A DNA stretch of 63,908 nucleotides, the filler included, from Thraustochytrium aureum (lineage: Eukaryota), in NCBI GenBank assembly GCA_012862495.1. It is 9 parts of 6 records of this genome, joined end to end, with 100 filler letters (N's around TTAATTAATTAA, not from the genome) between each part and the next. Parts side by side here need not be neighbours in the genome. Positions count along the whole stretch, not along the records: positions 49,464 to 56,350 come from BLSG01000449.1; positions 56,451 to 61,455 come from BLSG01000452.1; 7 more parts are not named here. One strand, given 5' to 3'. The notes under the pieces are model-generated. The model did not search any database, had not been told where the DNA came from, and saw nothing but the letters and a program-made list of their open reading frames with translations. Both the position numbers and the translations under genes were made by a program. Positions 49,464 through 60,730 of this stretch are shown in pieces. Position 1 is the first letter of the stretch; the number at the start of each line of letters is the position of its first letter.

Positions 49464-49945
49464 CAGGCGACGGGCGACGCGGACGGCGCGCAAGAGGCTC
49501 TCCAGCGTGACGGCCGAGCCAGGACAGCGAAGAAAGCGACGGCAGCATTTTGGGCAACCGACATGGATCGGTACGGGTTCAATGACGAGCGCATCGGGGG
49601 CGCCAGCGGGCAGCCCGCGCAGGCTGGAAACACGCCGGCGAGCAGGACGCGCCAAGTGGAAAGGAGGCCAACGCAGCAACGCAGCGTTTCGCAAGGTCCG
49701 TCGAACATGTCCCAGCACCAGCACCAGCACCAACAACTCGCCTCGCAGCGTGCGCAGGTGGCGGCGCAAAGCGGCGCCAGCGGCGGCGGCGGTGCCTTGG
49801 CGCCTTCGAGGCAGGTGGGGCTCATTCGCACAGACGACGGCCAAGTCTTTGTCGTCCTTCCGGGCGCCGGCCAAATGCCGAGCCGAGCGTCGAGGCGACC
49901 GTCGGCCCGCAAGAGCAGAACCCGTGACCCTTCCCGCCAAGGGAA

Positions 49946-52900
49946 ATGAGCGACGAGGCCCAGGAGTGGAGCTGCATCGACGAGACGCACGTCGAGCGAA
50001 TCTGGGCGCGGGACCTTGTTGTCAGCAAGAACGCCGTCGTCAAGGTTTGGGGCCTGGGCGGCACCGCCAAAGAAAACCCCCCGACTCCGAGCAAAGGCAA
50101 GACCACCAAAGCCAAGCCCAAGGCGAAGGATGCTGCTGCAACACAGCGAACGAGCTTGTCTAACATGGTGCGCAGGAGCTTGAAAGCGTTCTCGAGCCGT
50201 GGCAACATGAACGGCGCCCGCGCCCGCGATTCAGGGGCAAGGCTCTTGGGCAGCATGCTCGGAGTGCAAGCAGAGTTTGAGCGTAAAGAGTTCGAGGGCG
50301 CCGCCGTGATCGACATGCACGGCACGGACGACCATGCCGTGTTCGTCCTGTCGGACGGGTCGGTCTTCGACGTGACGGACAACGACCAGCCGGACTCGTT
50401 CAAGCGCCTGGAGCTAGACGTCGCGCCAAAAGAGGTCGCCGTGAGCGCTAAGTGCGGCGACGTGCACAGCGCGGTGCTCACAAACCAGGGCCGCGTGATG
50501 GTTGTTGCTAGCGACGGCGGGGCCATGGTCACGCTCACCGTGCCGCGAAACGAGCGCATCGTCCAGATCGCATGCACGCGGTCCGCAACGCTCATGCTGG
50601 GCCGCACGGGGCGGCTCTTTGTCCACGGCACTGGCGACCAGGGCGAGCTCGGCCTCGGGGAGAGCGAAAAGGCCGTCAAGGGCGCAACCGCACGCCAAGT
50701 CCTCGGCCCTTTCAAGCACGTGCCGCTGACGAGCATCTCGGCAAGCGCGACCCACTGCCTCGCCGTCGTGGCCGGCGGGCGCGTGTTTGGCTGGGGCTCG
50801 AACGCGGCCGGGCAAATCAGCAAGAAGGCCAAGGCGTCCGTGTTCTGGCCAGAGGCAATCCAGGACCTGGAGCCGAGCTTTGAGGCGGCGCAAGCGGTGG
50901 CAGGCCCCGGGATAAGCGCTTTTGTGTCGCGGCACGGCGCGCTCGCGGTGGTTGGCGGTGGGGGTCTCACGGGCCTCCATCCGTTCTTCCACTCCAAGGC
51001 GCTCACTGTCGACCAGGTTGCGCTCGGCGAGGGGAACTGCGTCGTGCTGACTGACGAAGGCGAGGTGTTTGCCGCCGATCTGGGCGGGGCCAAGACGGTC
51101 GACGAGCTTGCCGAGGCTCGACTCGTGGACCGGCTGAGCGGCGACCTCGTGTTCAGGCTTGGCGTGGCGGGATCTTTCGGGTACTCGTACGCGCACCCAA
51201 AGGCAAACGCGCCGGACGCGCGTGAGCTCCGCAAGCTCTCCCGTGGCCGGCTTGGCGCGCCGCCAACGCTCCGCATTTCGGGCCCGGCTCTGTTTTCCGA
51301 GAGCCAGCACGTTCTCGACCGGCCCAACGACGAGGACGCCAGCGAGGAGCTCGAGAGCAAGGTCCTGCGCCTCTTGACGGACCCTTATGTGCTTGGCGCG
51401 AGCATGCTCCTCGACCTGCGCGAGGGCGCAGCGCCTTCGCCGAGCGGGAACGGGGGCGCGCGGGGCAGCCAGCTGGACCTGGAGTGGGCCCCGCGCGCCA
51501 TCAAGACGGCAATAAAGGCGGTTCGCGGCAGCTCCGCGGCGCGCGCCAAGCGGGCCGCCGACAAGGACGGCCTGCAGTCGGCAGAGCACGCCGCGTCTTT
51601 CCACGGCCGGCTGAGCAGGGGCGTCGAAGGCATCATCCAGGCCATGGAGAGCTGGGTCACAAGTGCGAGACTGGAAGAGCACCTCCGCCTGTACCTGCTG
51701 GTGATGTGTACACCTATTCCGCGGTTGGCTCTGGGAGCCTTTGCGCGGCTGGCGAGCGCTCTGGAGCGCCTGCACGAATCGATGCGGTCGCGCCTGTTCC
51801 AGTGGGTCAACTTCGAGGTCGATGGCACCGCGATGCGCAACTACGTGGTGCCGCCGCTTGTGCATGCGCTGGAGGTGCACATTCTGAGCGACGGCGTGGA
51901 CTCCGAGCCGGGGCCCGAGGCCCACGCCGTGGCAAACACGCTCCACAAGCTGTTCAAAATCAACGAGCGCCGCGCTGCGCGAGCGATCCTCAGGGACGGC
52001 ACGTTCTCGGCGATCCCGGCCGCGACCTTTGCGACGGGCGCGCTTCTGCGAACGATGACCAAGTTTGGCATGGTCTCGTACATCCACCGCTGGACGGAGC
52101 CCCAGTCGCTGCGCAACAAGCGGTTCCACCTGTTCGACTTCCCCGAGGTGATCTCGGCCGACACCAAGGCGGTGGTCGTCCAGCTTGAGAGCGAAGAGAT
52201 CAAGTACCGCCGGTTTGTCAACGCAAGGCTAAACCAAGAGCGTGGCGGGGCTCGCCCCGCACAAGCCGACGGCGCCGACGCGCACGAGACGGCCTTTTTT
52301 GTCATCGAAGTGCGGCGAGACCACCTCAAGGCGGACGCCCTTGACGCGCTCATTCGCGCCGCCCCGGTGGACCTCTGCATGCCGCTACTGGTCAAGTTTG
52401 CGGGGGAGAAGGGCGTGGACGCGGGGGGCGTCAAGAAGGAGTTTTTCCACCTCTTGTCCAGCGAGCTCTTCGACCCGGACGCCCCGGACGGGGCCTTCCG
52501 TCGCGACCCCTCCAGCGGGCGGCTCTGGTTCCGGTCGCCGCCGCCAGCCGACTCTATCGCATTGGGCGTGATGTGCTCGAGCTGCCGGCTCGTGGGGCAG
52601 GTAATCGGTCTCGCGCTGTTCAACAGCACGATCCTGGATGTGAGCTTCCCGCTCACCCTGTACCGCATCCTCCTGGGCCTGCTGGACGTCAAGGGTGGAA
52701 ACGCGCTTGCGCTGATGTCCGAGTTCGACCCGTCCATGGTGCCTGGCCTCCGTGCCACCCTCGAGTATGACGGCGCCGATTTCGAGAACGACCTTGGGCT
52801 GGCGTTTGAGGCTGCAGGGCCCGACGGCGCAATGTGCGACCTCGTGCCAGGGGGCGCAGACATTCCCGTCACGAAGGAGAACCGCGACGACTACGTCGAG

Positions 52901-53386
52901 CGCTACGTCCGCTTCAAGCTGTTTGAGAGCTGCAAGCCTCTAATCGCGAGCCTCCTGAGCGGGTTTCAGACGGTGATCGACCCCAATTTCGCCACCGTGG
53001 CGCTCTTCCGCCCGGACGAGCTCGAGCTGGCGCTGATCGGTAGCCCGCTCTTGGACGTGGACGAGTTCGCCAGTTCGACCAAGTACGAAGGCGGCTACCA
53101 TGCCAACCACCGCGTGGTGAAGAACTTCTGGGAGATCGTGCGCGCCTGGCCGGACGAGCGCCGGCGCGACCTCTTGCGTTTCGCCACTGGCGCGCCGCGG
53201 CCGCCCATTGGAGGCATAGCGGCGCTCAACTTTGTCATCCAGCGCGCGGGCCCCAACTCGGAGAATTTGCCCACTGCGTCGACATGCTTCAACGTGCTGC
53301 TCCTGCCCGAGTACGACACCAAGGAAAAGCTCGAGAAGAAGCTCGAGGAAGCCATCGACCTCACGGAGGGCTTTGGGCTCATGTAG
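49946..53386 (+). CDS. HERC-type E3 ubiquitin ligase (RCC1-like repeats + HECT); true start may be 49563 via a frameshift at GGGAAATGA
   Basis: RCC1 motifs CGDVHSAVLT, GTGDQGELGLG and VFGWGSNAAGQ. HECT motifs VRRDHL, VKFAGEKGVDAGGVKKEFF, FWEIV, LLRFATG and LPTASTCFNVLLLPEY (catalytic Cys), ending EGFGLM. Confidence 0.95.
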   Translation: MSDEAQEWSCIDETHVERIWARDLVVSKNAVVKVWGLGGTAKENPPTPSKGKTTKAKPKAKDAAATQRTSLSNMVRRSLKAFSSRGNMNGARARDSGARLLGSMLGVQAEFERKEFEGAAVIDMHGTDDHAVFVLSDGSVFDVTDNDQPDSFKRLELDVAPKEVAVSAKCGDVHSAVLTNQGRVMVVASDGGAMVTLTVPRNERIVQIACTRSATLMLGRTGRLFVHGTGDQGELGLGESEKAVKGATARQVLGPFKHVPLTSISASATHCLAVVAGGRVFGWGSNAAGQISKKAKASVFWPEAIQDLEPSFEAAQAVAGPGISAFVSRHGALAVVGGGGLTGLHPFFHSKALTVDQVALGEGNCVVLTDEGEVFAADLGGAKTVDELAEARLVDRLSGDLVFRLGVAGSFGYSYAHPKANAPDARELRKLSRGRLGAPPTLRISGPALFSESQHVLDRPNDEDASEELESKVLRLLTDPYVLGASMLLDLREGAAPSPSGNGGARGSQLDLEWAPRAIKTAIKAVRGSSAARAKRAADKDGLQSAEHAASFHGRLSRGVEGIIQAMESWVTSARLEEHLRLYLLVMCTPIPRLALGAFARLASALERLHESMRSRLFQWVNFEVDGTAMRNYVVPPLVHALEVHILSDGVDSEPGPEAHAVANTLHKLFKINERRAARAILRDGTFSAIPAATFATGALLRTMTKFGMVSYIHRWTEPQSLRNKRFHLFDFPEVISADTKAVVVQLESEEIKYRRFVNARLNQERGGARPAQADGADAHETAFFVIEVRRDHLKADALDALIRAAPVDLCMPLLVKFAGEKGVDAGGVKKEFFHLLSSELFDPDAPDGAFRRDPSSGRLWFRSPPPADSIALGVMCSSCRLVGQVIGLALFNSTILDVSFPLTLYRILLGLLDVKGGNALALMSEFDPSMVPGLRATLEYDGADFENDLGLAFEAAGPDGAMCDLVPGGADIPVTKENRDDYVERYVRFKLFESCKPLIASLLSGFQTVIDPNFATVALFRPDELELALIGSPLLDVDEFASSTKYEGGYHANHRVVKNFWEIVRAWPDERRRDLLRFATGAPRPPIGGIAALNFVIQRAGPNSENLPTASTCFNVLLLPEYDTKEKLEKKLEEAIDLTEGFGLM

Positions 53387-53563
53387 AGGTGGGTTCGGCC
53401 AGCGCGCTGCTTGTGGGGAGTCGCAGCAGAGGCTGTTGGACAGCCTCTGTCCCGAGCAGCAGACAGCAAGAAAGAACAAGCTTTTTCATTTCTCGATACT
53501 CGTAGCCAAGCGAGGCAGGGCGTGGAGGCAGGGCGTGGAAACAGGCGCCGGAGCACAGCTGGT

Positions 53564-53711
53564 CTACGAGAGCTCAGAACCGCCAAACGCGGCAAGCTTG
53601 CACCGCTGCGAGGGCTCAGAATCGCCAAACGCGGCAAGCTTGTCGCGGATCAGCACCGCTACGAGAGCTCAGAATCGCCAAACGCGGCAAGCTTGTCGCG
53701 GATCAGCACCG
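53564..53711. repeat. Three tandem copies (42, 53, 53 bp) of the TIR gene 3' end spanning its stop codon
   Basis: CT(A/G)CGAG(A/G)GCTCAGAA(C/T)CGCCAAACGCGGCAAGCTTG...CACCG occurs three times. Confidence 0.9.
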
Positions 53712-55988
53712 CAGCGTTTCGCACCACCTGGTCCTCTGTGGACGTGCAGGATATGTAAACACGGCCCTTGACCAGCATGGAAAGCGTGCTGCGCGCTCCT
53801 ATGCTTGAATCGTTGACCTCGCTGTCCATCCGCACCGGGATGACGCGGTTGATGCGGTTGTTCCAGGCCCATTCAGCCTCCATGCAGCAATAGTCGCTGT
53901 TGATCTCGCCAGTCTCGCACTTTGTGATGTAGTTTGGCGTGAGACAGACCACAAAAAAGGGTGCACTCGTCCATGGCGCGGAGGATCTTGTTTCTCAGCC
54001 TGTCGCCCGGCACGAGGTACTTTGAGTCTATCCACACCTTGACGCCGAGCTCCTCGAGCGCGTTGCAGAGCAAGAGCGCGTGCTTGTGGTGGGCAAACTC
54101 TGGTTCTGGGCCCCAGTCGTGACTGAGGAACACGGAGAGCCCCTTGTCTTGGAGCGAGTCTTGCGCCTCTCCGAGCTCCGGGAGCGCGAGGTCCGAGACT
54201 TGGGCCACGGCGGCGGGCTCCCAGTAGCGCAGCGCATCTTCCGAGTGCGCCTTGCCCAACTCCAGGGCCTTTCGCGCTAGGTTGCTGGCCTGATGATTGA
54301 CCCGTTGCGGCCTGAACTCGCTGCCCTCGATGGGGCCGACCTTGCTGAGGCTCTTGCCTGCCTCCTGCAGCCCAGCGAGCACATCGTTCGAGAGTTGCAG
54401 CCGATCCATCCGCCTTTCCCAACCGCTCTGCAGGAGCTCGCTGTCACGGGCAAGTGATGCGATCGTGCGCACCTCTGGCCAGTCGCGCAGCTCGCTGTTG
54501 TCGACAACGACGCCGAGTATGGGAATGCCGGCCTTGTGCGCAATGGCGACGTGGCCGAGGCAGAAGAGGGACTTGAGGTAGCTGCGCGAGAGCAGCACGA
54601 CGAGGCAGCTCGCCTTCTTTAGGGCTTCTTTGGGGTGCGTCTGGTCGCTCTTGCCGGCGACGGCGTGAACCTTGACCCTTCCGCCCCCGTTCTCCTCGAT
54701 CAGCTTGGCGACCTGGGCATACTCTGTCGACTCTGGTGTGGGGTGGTAGGAGAGCACGCAGTGGCGGGTCGCGGCGCGGCGCTGGCGCTCGCTTCGTCTC
54801 GAAGCGGCACTGCCAGCGTCATGTGCAGACGCGAGGTCGCCGCGGTCGCCGGTCAGGCGGCGCAAGGACCGCGCAAGGGACGCTCGGCGTCCAGAGGGCT
54901 TTTCCGCAGCGGCAGCTCCTTCGGGGTGCCTAGAGCTGGCTCCATTGTGTGCCTGGCCCTCGAGGGGCGTCATCCCGAGCATTGCTGAAAAGGTGCACCG
55001 CGCGCACATGTCAAAGTTGCACGGCCTGCAGGCCATGACGGGCTCGTTGAGGCTGATGTCAGCTCTGCAAACGTCGCACAGGTAGTGGGCGTGTGGGGCG
55101 CGCGAGAAGGCGAGCTTGGCGCCGTTGCGCGGGCACCGGAGAGGCCCCATCGTGGTGAGCACGTCAAAGCTGTACCAGAAGCTGCCAAACCCGCGCACCA
55201 TGGCGCGCTGGTTGAAGAGGTCGACCTTGCTGACGATGCTGCGCCGCCCCAGGAAGGCGTCCATGGCGGGCTTGTACTCGGGGTTGAGCTCTTCGAGCCG
55301 GTCGCGGCTGCGGGTCAGCTCAACGACGTGGTTGACCCTGATCAGGAGCTCCACGCCGCGCAACACCTTGAAGCACTTGAAGTTGTACACAAAAGGGCCC
55401 ATGCCCATCACCTTGCAGGTCTTGCCCGACTTGCGCACGGAGGCCACGTAGCCCTGCTTGCCGCAGAAGAGGGCCATCGACTCGACGAATCCGCCGTGCC
55501 CCTGCGCCAGCCGTTCCAGCTCGTCGCGGTCGACGTCCAGGCGCACAAAGTCGCCGACCCGCAGCTCGCCGGGGGCGCGCTTCTCGTCCCTCTTCGCATG
55601 ATGCGAGGCGCGCTTTGCGGATGCGCGGCTGCTCGGTGTCGATTCGCGTTGCCGCTCTTCGCCAGACCTGTTGGCCAGCAACTCGAGCATGCGCCGCAGC
55701 CGCTTCTCCTGAGCCTCCTCAGTTCCTCCTTCGGCCGCGTTGTTTCGGTCCTCAGCCTCGTCCTTCACCAGGTGGAGGGCGCTCACCTCGTACCAGTGGG
55801 GGCCCGAGGCTCTCGACCTGCGCAAACGTGCGCCCGTTCTTGGGGTCTTTCGCGGTCACGAACGTGACTCGCCCCTGCTCGCCCAGGTACCGCTCCATGT
55901 CGGCCACGTACGAGCCGCCGAGCCTGGCTTTCAGAACATCAAGGTCGTCCGCCAGGCGCACCAAAGCGCCCTTTTTCACGTGCGCCAT
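53659..55988 (-). CDS. Mind-bomb-type SH3 repeats (x3) + ZZ-like zinc finger + tandem TIR domains; homopolymer frameshifts at ~55800 and ~53955
   Basis: VGDFVRLDVDRDELERLAQGHGGFVESM resembles the MIB repeat. Zinc finger CDVC...CRPCNFDMCARC. TIR1 HCVLSY...SCLVVLLSRSYLKSLFC. TIR2 VFLSHDWG...LGVKVWID...FVVCLTPNY...YCCMEAEWA...VIPVRMD. Confidence 0.82.
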
Positions 55989-56350
55989 CGCAGTGCTCCG
56001 CCTTCCTTTCTACAGATCGTCGCCACGGGCCACCGCTGGCCACCCTCGGCCGAGCCGCGCACGGCGCCCGGCGAGCAGCGGCTGCCAGTCCAGGACCACT
56101 TCGCCAGCCGCACGCAAGGCAGGCAGGCTGGCCGGCTGGCTGGCAAGGCAGGCTGGCAGGCTGGCAGGGCCTCGGGAGGCCGGCCTCGCGAGCCTCGCGA
56201 GCCTCGCGCGTCAGCTCCAGCACGAGCACAGGACGCGCCAGGGCGGCAGCTCGAGTCGAGGAATGCCGGCCTGCTGGTGTCGTCGCTGATGTGCATGGCA
56301 AATGGAGAGAGAGAGAGAGAGGAGAGAGAGTCAACACCGTCAAGTGAGTG

Positions 56351-56450
56351 NNNNNNNNNNNNNNNNNNNNNNNNNNNNNNNNNNNNNNNNNNNNTTAATT
56401 AATTAANNNNNNNNNNNNNNNNNNNNNNNNNNNNNNNNNNNNNNNNNNNN
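56351..56450. other. Artificial scaffold linker
   Basis: 44N-TTAATTAATTAA-44N. Confidence 0.97.
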
Positions 56451-57564
56451 GCAAGTTCGTAGCTCCCATCTTCAAAACACATCAATTGAATTTCGTTCCA
56501 CTTTGCTTGAATTGTAAACACAATCCTTTCTGACCCAGAGCCACAAAAGGCAGCAGTTACGTTGCGGCAAAGCTGACCAAAACACGCCGCCGCGGCGCGG
56601 CTGCGCTCGGATCAGGTTTGTCGCTTTGCCGCTTCAATGCCGTGGATGTCTGTAGGCCTTCATCAAAAACCAAGGTCGACAAGCTTCCTGGCGTTGGCGC
56701 CGCTCTCGCCGTCTTCGAGGCACGCGAAGTCGCTACCGCCGGCCTGCGCCAGCAGCATAGTTGGGTCCTTGGTTTGCCGACCAACACGAAGACCGTGGCA
56801 GTGGAAACGACGGCAGTGGCAACGCATCACACGAGCAGGAGGCGCAGAAAACGGTTTACGATTGACATGAAGTGACACAGGTGCATGAATCCGCCGCACA
56901 TGATGAACAGCATAAATAAAGCACACCCGGACGGCGGCCCCGATGCGCCTCAGAAACAGGAAGATCTGCACTGGGGATACATAGTCCACCGCCGCGACAA
57001 GAAGCTCTCTCGCGATCGTAGCAGTCGGCTTGGCCGGCTCCCATCCCCATTGACCGGCATGAGGCCCTCGCGTCCTCTCGATTCCCCAAACCCGAGATTG
57101 CGGCCCATCTGGGCCTGCGGCGGGTCCCCAAGCCAGAGGTAGGTGCCACACAGTGTGTTGGCGTTCGCCCTGATCCGGCCCACGTCGTTGGGGCACCTTG
57201 TCACGAGAGCACGTGCCCCAAACCAACGCAACTACGCACGCAAGCGAAGCTACGCACGCGGACTCGAAGCTGCGCAGCCAATCCACGGACGCACCGGCAG
57301 CAACAGCTGCTCGTTTTATGGTGTGCTGCTCCAGCGGTGGGCGCACGCGCTGCACAAGGAGCTACTTGGCCCAGGTATTTTTCCATGGGACATTCATTCC
57401 TTTCAGCTCTGATGAGGAATGAATGGCCTTCCACCGTTCGCCGGTCGAGTCCTTCTACAGGATAGTGCCGCCGGTGTGCCAGAGTTTTTCTCAGGCGTCC
57501 GTCCAGCCCGCCCTGAGTGCACCCCGGTTGATGCAGAGCGCAGCTGAGCTGGTCTGTAGAGCCG

Positions 57565-58676
57565 CTATGCGTCGTCGCCGACTTTGGAGCGTTTGGATGG
57601 CGGCTCTTCCGGCGCACGTGCTGAACGCGCGGCGTGGCGGCACAGCTCGGCGTGCATAAAGGCGCGCACGACGGCGACGTTGATGGACTGTCCGACGACC
57701 TTAAACTTGGAGGCGAGCTTGAGCTGGTCTGGGAAGGCAAAGGCCTCTGGGAACGCAAAAAAGTTGAGCAGTTCGCGCGGGCTGAAGAGGCGTGCCTTGC
57801 CCGAGTGCATGGCGACCATGTCGTCGCTCTTGGGTACGCGCAGCCCCTTGTCACACTCGCGGTGGTACAGCGAGCCGCTCGACTTGTGCCAGGTCGCGCC
57901 GTACGAAGAGGTGAAGCAGAACGTCGTGCAGTCTTCGCGCCCCACGAAAGACAGCCCTTGCGCCCACCGCTTGGCGAGCACCTTGTCCGGCACGGTGAGC
58001 TGCTCGTCCTCCGCCGGGGCCGGCTCCTCTAGGAAGGCCGCGATCGGGTTTGTTCCTGGCGGACCGCTCACGCCGTCCTCGCCGAGCTCGTGCAGCTTGT
58101 GGAGTGGAGCGTCGATGGTGCGGTTGAAAGTGACGTCGAGGTCTTTGCCGCCGACGCGCAGCGTGCGCACAGATGCGCAGGGGCACTCGGGCACGGCGGA
58201 GAGCACATCGTCGTTTGGCGCGGCTCCAAGCCTGCACGCCATGTAGAATCGCATGCGGTTGTTCGGGATGCGAAACTGCAGCGGGCTCAGCAGGTACTGC
58301 GAGTAGCCGTACCCGCAGTCCCGGAGGACCGCTTTCCACCTCTCGTGCACGGCGCTACTGGCAAAGCCCTTGACATTCTCGACGAAGATCCACTGCGGGC
58401 GCCGGTCTGCGCTCATCTTGGCCAGCAGCTCCATTACGTGCAGAAACCCCTTGTTGCGCTTGTCCTCCATGTCTTTGCGCAGCGCTCGCGCTGTCGTCGT
58501 AAACGGCTGGCACGGCGGCGACATGGTCCACACGTCTGCCGCGCCGTCCAGCTCTGCAAGCGCCAACGTCTCGATGTTGACCCTTCTGACGGGTCCCATC
58601 GACCTCCCGGGCAGCGCGCCGCTCTCCGCGTTCGCCTCGTAAACGCCATTTACCACATCTGACGTATCAAACGCCT
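57565..58676 (-). CDS. DNMT2: tRNA (cytosine-38-C5) methyltransferase DNMT2, 5' end in gap
   Basis: WTMSPPCQPFT, FVENVKGF, LSPLQFRIPNNRMRFY, DNMT2-specific CFTSSYG...SGS, RLFSPRE and GQSINV. Confidence 0.93.
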
Positions 58677-59451
58677 NNNNNNNNNNNNNNNNNNNNNNNN
58701 NNNNNNNNNNNNNNNNNNNNNNNNNNNNNNNNNNNNNNNNNNNNNNNNNNNNNNNNNNNNNNNNNNNNNNNNNNNNNNNNNNNNNNNNNNNNNNNNNNNN
58801 NNNNNNNNNNNNNNNNNNNNNNNNNNNNNNNNNNNNNNNNNNNNNNNNNNNNNNNNNNNNNNNNNNNNNNNNNNNNNNNNNNNNNNNNNNNNNNNNNNNN
58901 NNNNNNNNNNNNNNNNNNNNNNNNNNNNNNNNNNNNNNNNNNNNNNNNNNNNNNNNNNNNNNNNNNNNNNNNNNNNNNNNNNNNNNNNNNNNNNNNNNNN
59001 NNNNNNNNNNNNNNNNNNNNNNNNNNNNNNNNNNNNNNNNNNNNNNNNNNNNNNNNNNNNNNNNNNNNNNNNNNNNNNNNNNNNNNNNNNNNNNNNNNNN
59101 NNNNNNNNNNNNNNNNNNNNNNNNNNNNNNNNNNNNNNNNNNNNNNNNNNNNNNNNNNNNNNNNNNNNNNNNNNNNNNNNNNNNNNNNNNNNNNNNNNNN
59201 NNNNNNNNNNNNNNNNNNNNNNNNNNNNNNNNNNNNNNNNNNNNNNNNNNNNNNNNNNNNNNNNNNNNNNNNNNNNNNNNNNNNNNNNNNNNNNNNNNNN
59301 NNNNNNNNNNNNNNNNNNNNNNNNNNNNNNNNNNNNNNNNNNNNNNNNNNNNNNNNNNNNNNNNNNNNNNNNNNNNNNNNNNNNNNNNNNNNNNNNNNNN
59401 NNNNNNNNNNNNNNNNNNNNNNNNNNNNNNNNNNNNNNNNNNNNNNNTGCC

Positions 59452-60476
59452 ATGTGCGCGAGGTGGCTCGAAGAGACCAAGGATCAGGTGGAGGGGCTCG
59501 ACGACGCGGCCAAGGCCAAGGCCGCGAGCGAGTTTGACACCTACATGTTTTCCGGCGAGCTGCGGCCCTGGCACGTGACAAAGCAGATGAAGGTGCCCGA
59601 CTCGATCCCCAAGCCCGAGTACCACGAGACGGGCGATCCCGTGAACGAGCGCGAGGCCAAGCAGTCGCGCACCTCTACGATCCCGCTGCACACGCCCGAA
59701 GAGATCGACTGGCTCGGCAGGTGTGCCGAATCGGGCGCGAGGTGCTGGACATCGCCGGACGGTTTCTCAAGGTCGGCGTGACGGCCGACGAGGTGGACCG
59801 GGTTGTATTCAAGGCCTGTATGGAGCGCGGGGTGTACCCGTCGCCTCTCAACTATGTCAACTTTCCCAAGAGCGTGTGCGTCTCGGTCAACGAGGTGATC
59901 TGCCACGGGATCCCGGACTGCCGCCCGATCCAGGACGGCGACATTGTCAACCTGGACGTTTCCGTGTTTCGGGACGGCTTCCACGCCGACTTGAACGAGA
60001 CCTTCATGGTCGGCAAGTGCACCGAGGCTTCCGTCAAGCTCTTGGAGGCCGCGTACGAGAGCTTGCGGGCCGCGGTCCCAATCATCCAGCCTGGGTCGCT
60101 GTATCGTGAGATCGGAAGCGCGGTTTCCAAGCCGGCCCACAAGGCTGGGTTCCAGGTGACCCGGACGTACTCTGGGCACGGTGTCGGTAAGAACTTTCAC
60201 CAGCTCCCCACGGTGTCGCACGTGGCCAAGAACAAGAGTATCGGGATCATGCGGCCCTCGCACATTTTCACGGTTGAGCCAATGATTAACGAAAGGGGCT
60301 GGCAAGACTTGTTGTGGCCAGATCAGTGGACGGCCGTGACGCGAGACGGCAAACGTAGCGCGCAGTATGAGCACACCTTTCTTGTGACGGAGGTTGGAGT
60401 CGAGATCCTCACTGCGCGCGCTGGCACAGACCCGATGCAGATGCCGCCGTGGGACCCAGCCATGTTCCAGCGGTAG
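59452..60476 (+). CDS. METAP1: Methionine aminopeptidase 1; frameshift at ~59715; start may be in gap
   Basis: FSGELRPW, VPDSIPKPEY, YPSPLNY..FPKSVCVSVNEVICHGIPD, DIVNLD, HADLNET, GHGVG, FTVEPMIN and SAQYEHT. Confidence 0.95.
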
Positions 60477-60665
60477 ACTCCCTGCGGCCCACCGAGGTGG
60501 GGGTGGGCGGGTGCGGGGGCGGGGGCGCGGGCTTGCTCGCGCGATGGAGAGCCAACCACCTTGCCGCACTCCGCTCGAAGGGGGGCGCTTTTGCGCTAGC
60601 TACAAGCTCAAAGAATCGACAAATCACATTCATCATGCGCTGGCGAGTGGCTTGAGCTTTACGGA

Positions 60666-60690
60666 GAATGAATGAATGAATGAATGAATG
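60666..60690. repeat. (GAAT)6 microsatellite between convergent genes
   Basis: Read directly from the sequence. Confidence 0.85.
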
Positions 60691-60730
60691 AAGAAAACCA
60701 TTCCACAAAAACCGCAAATCCCGCACAACT

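Noticed and set aside
46283..55988. GIMAP + HERC + TIR as one defence island
   Set aside because: An artificial linker at 49364-49463 separates the GIMAP scaffold from the HERC/TIR contig, so adjacency is unsupported.
56451..57560. Short overlapping ORFs in a lower-GC stretch, possibly a decayed element
   Set aside because: No transposase or RT motif, terminal repeats or recognisable domain.
57565..58676. Restriction-modification or DNA methyltransferase defence system
   Set aside because: The CFT motif identifies DNMT2, a tRNA methyltransferase. No restriction enzyme is nearby.
10260..59720. Numerous frameshifts read as pseudogenes or programmed frameshifting
   Set aside because: They hit essential genes (XMAP215, METAP1, USP), several sit in homopolymer runs, and no in-frame stops accompany them. 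Pyrosequencing-type indel errors are the simplest explanation, though reads are needed to confirm.
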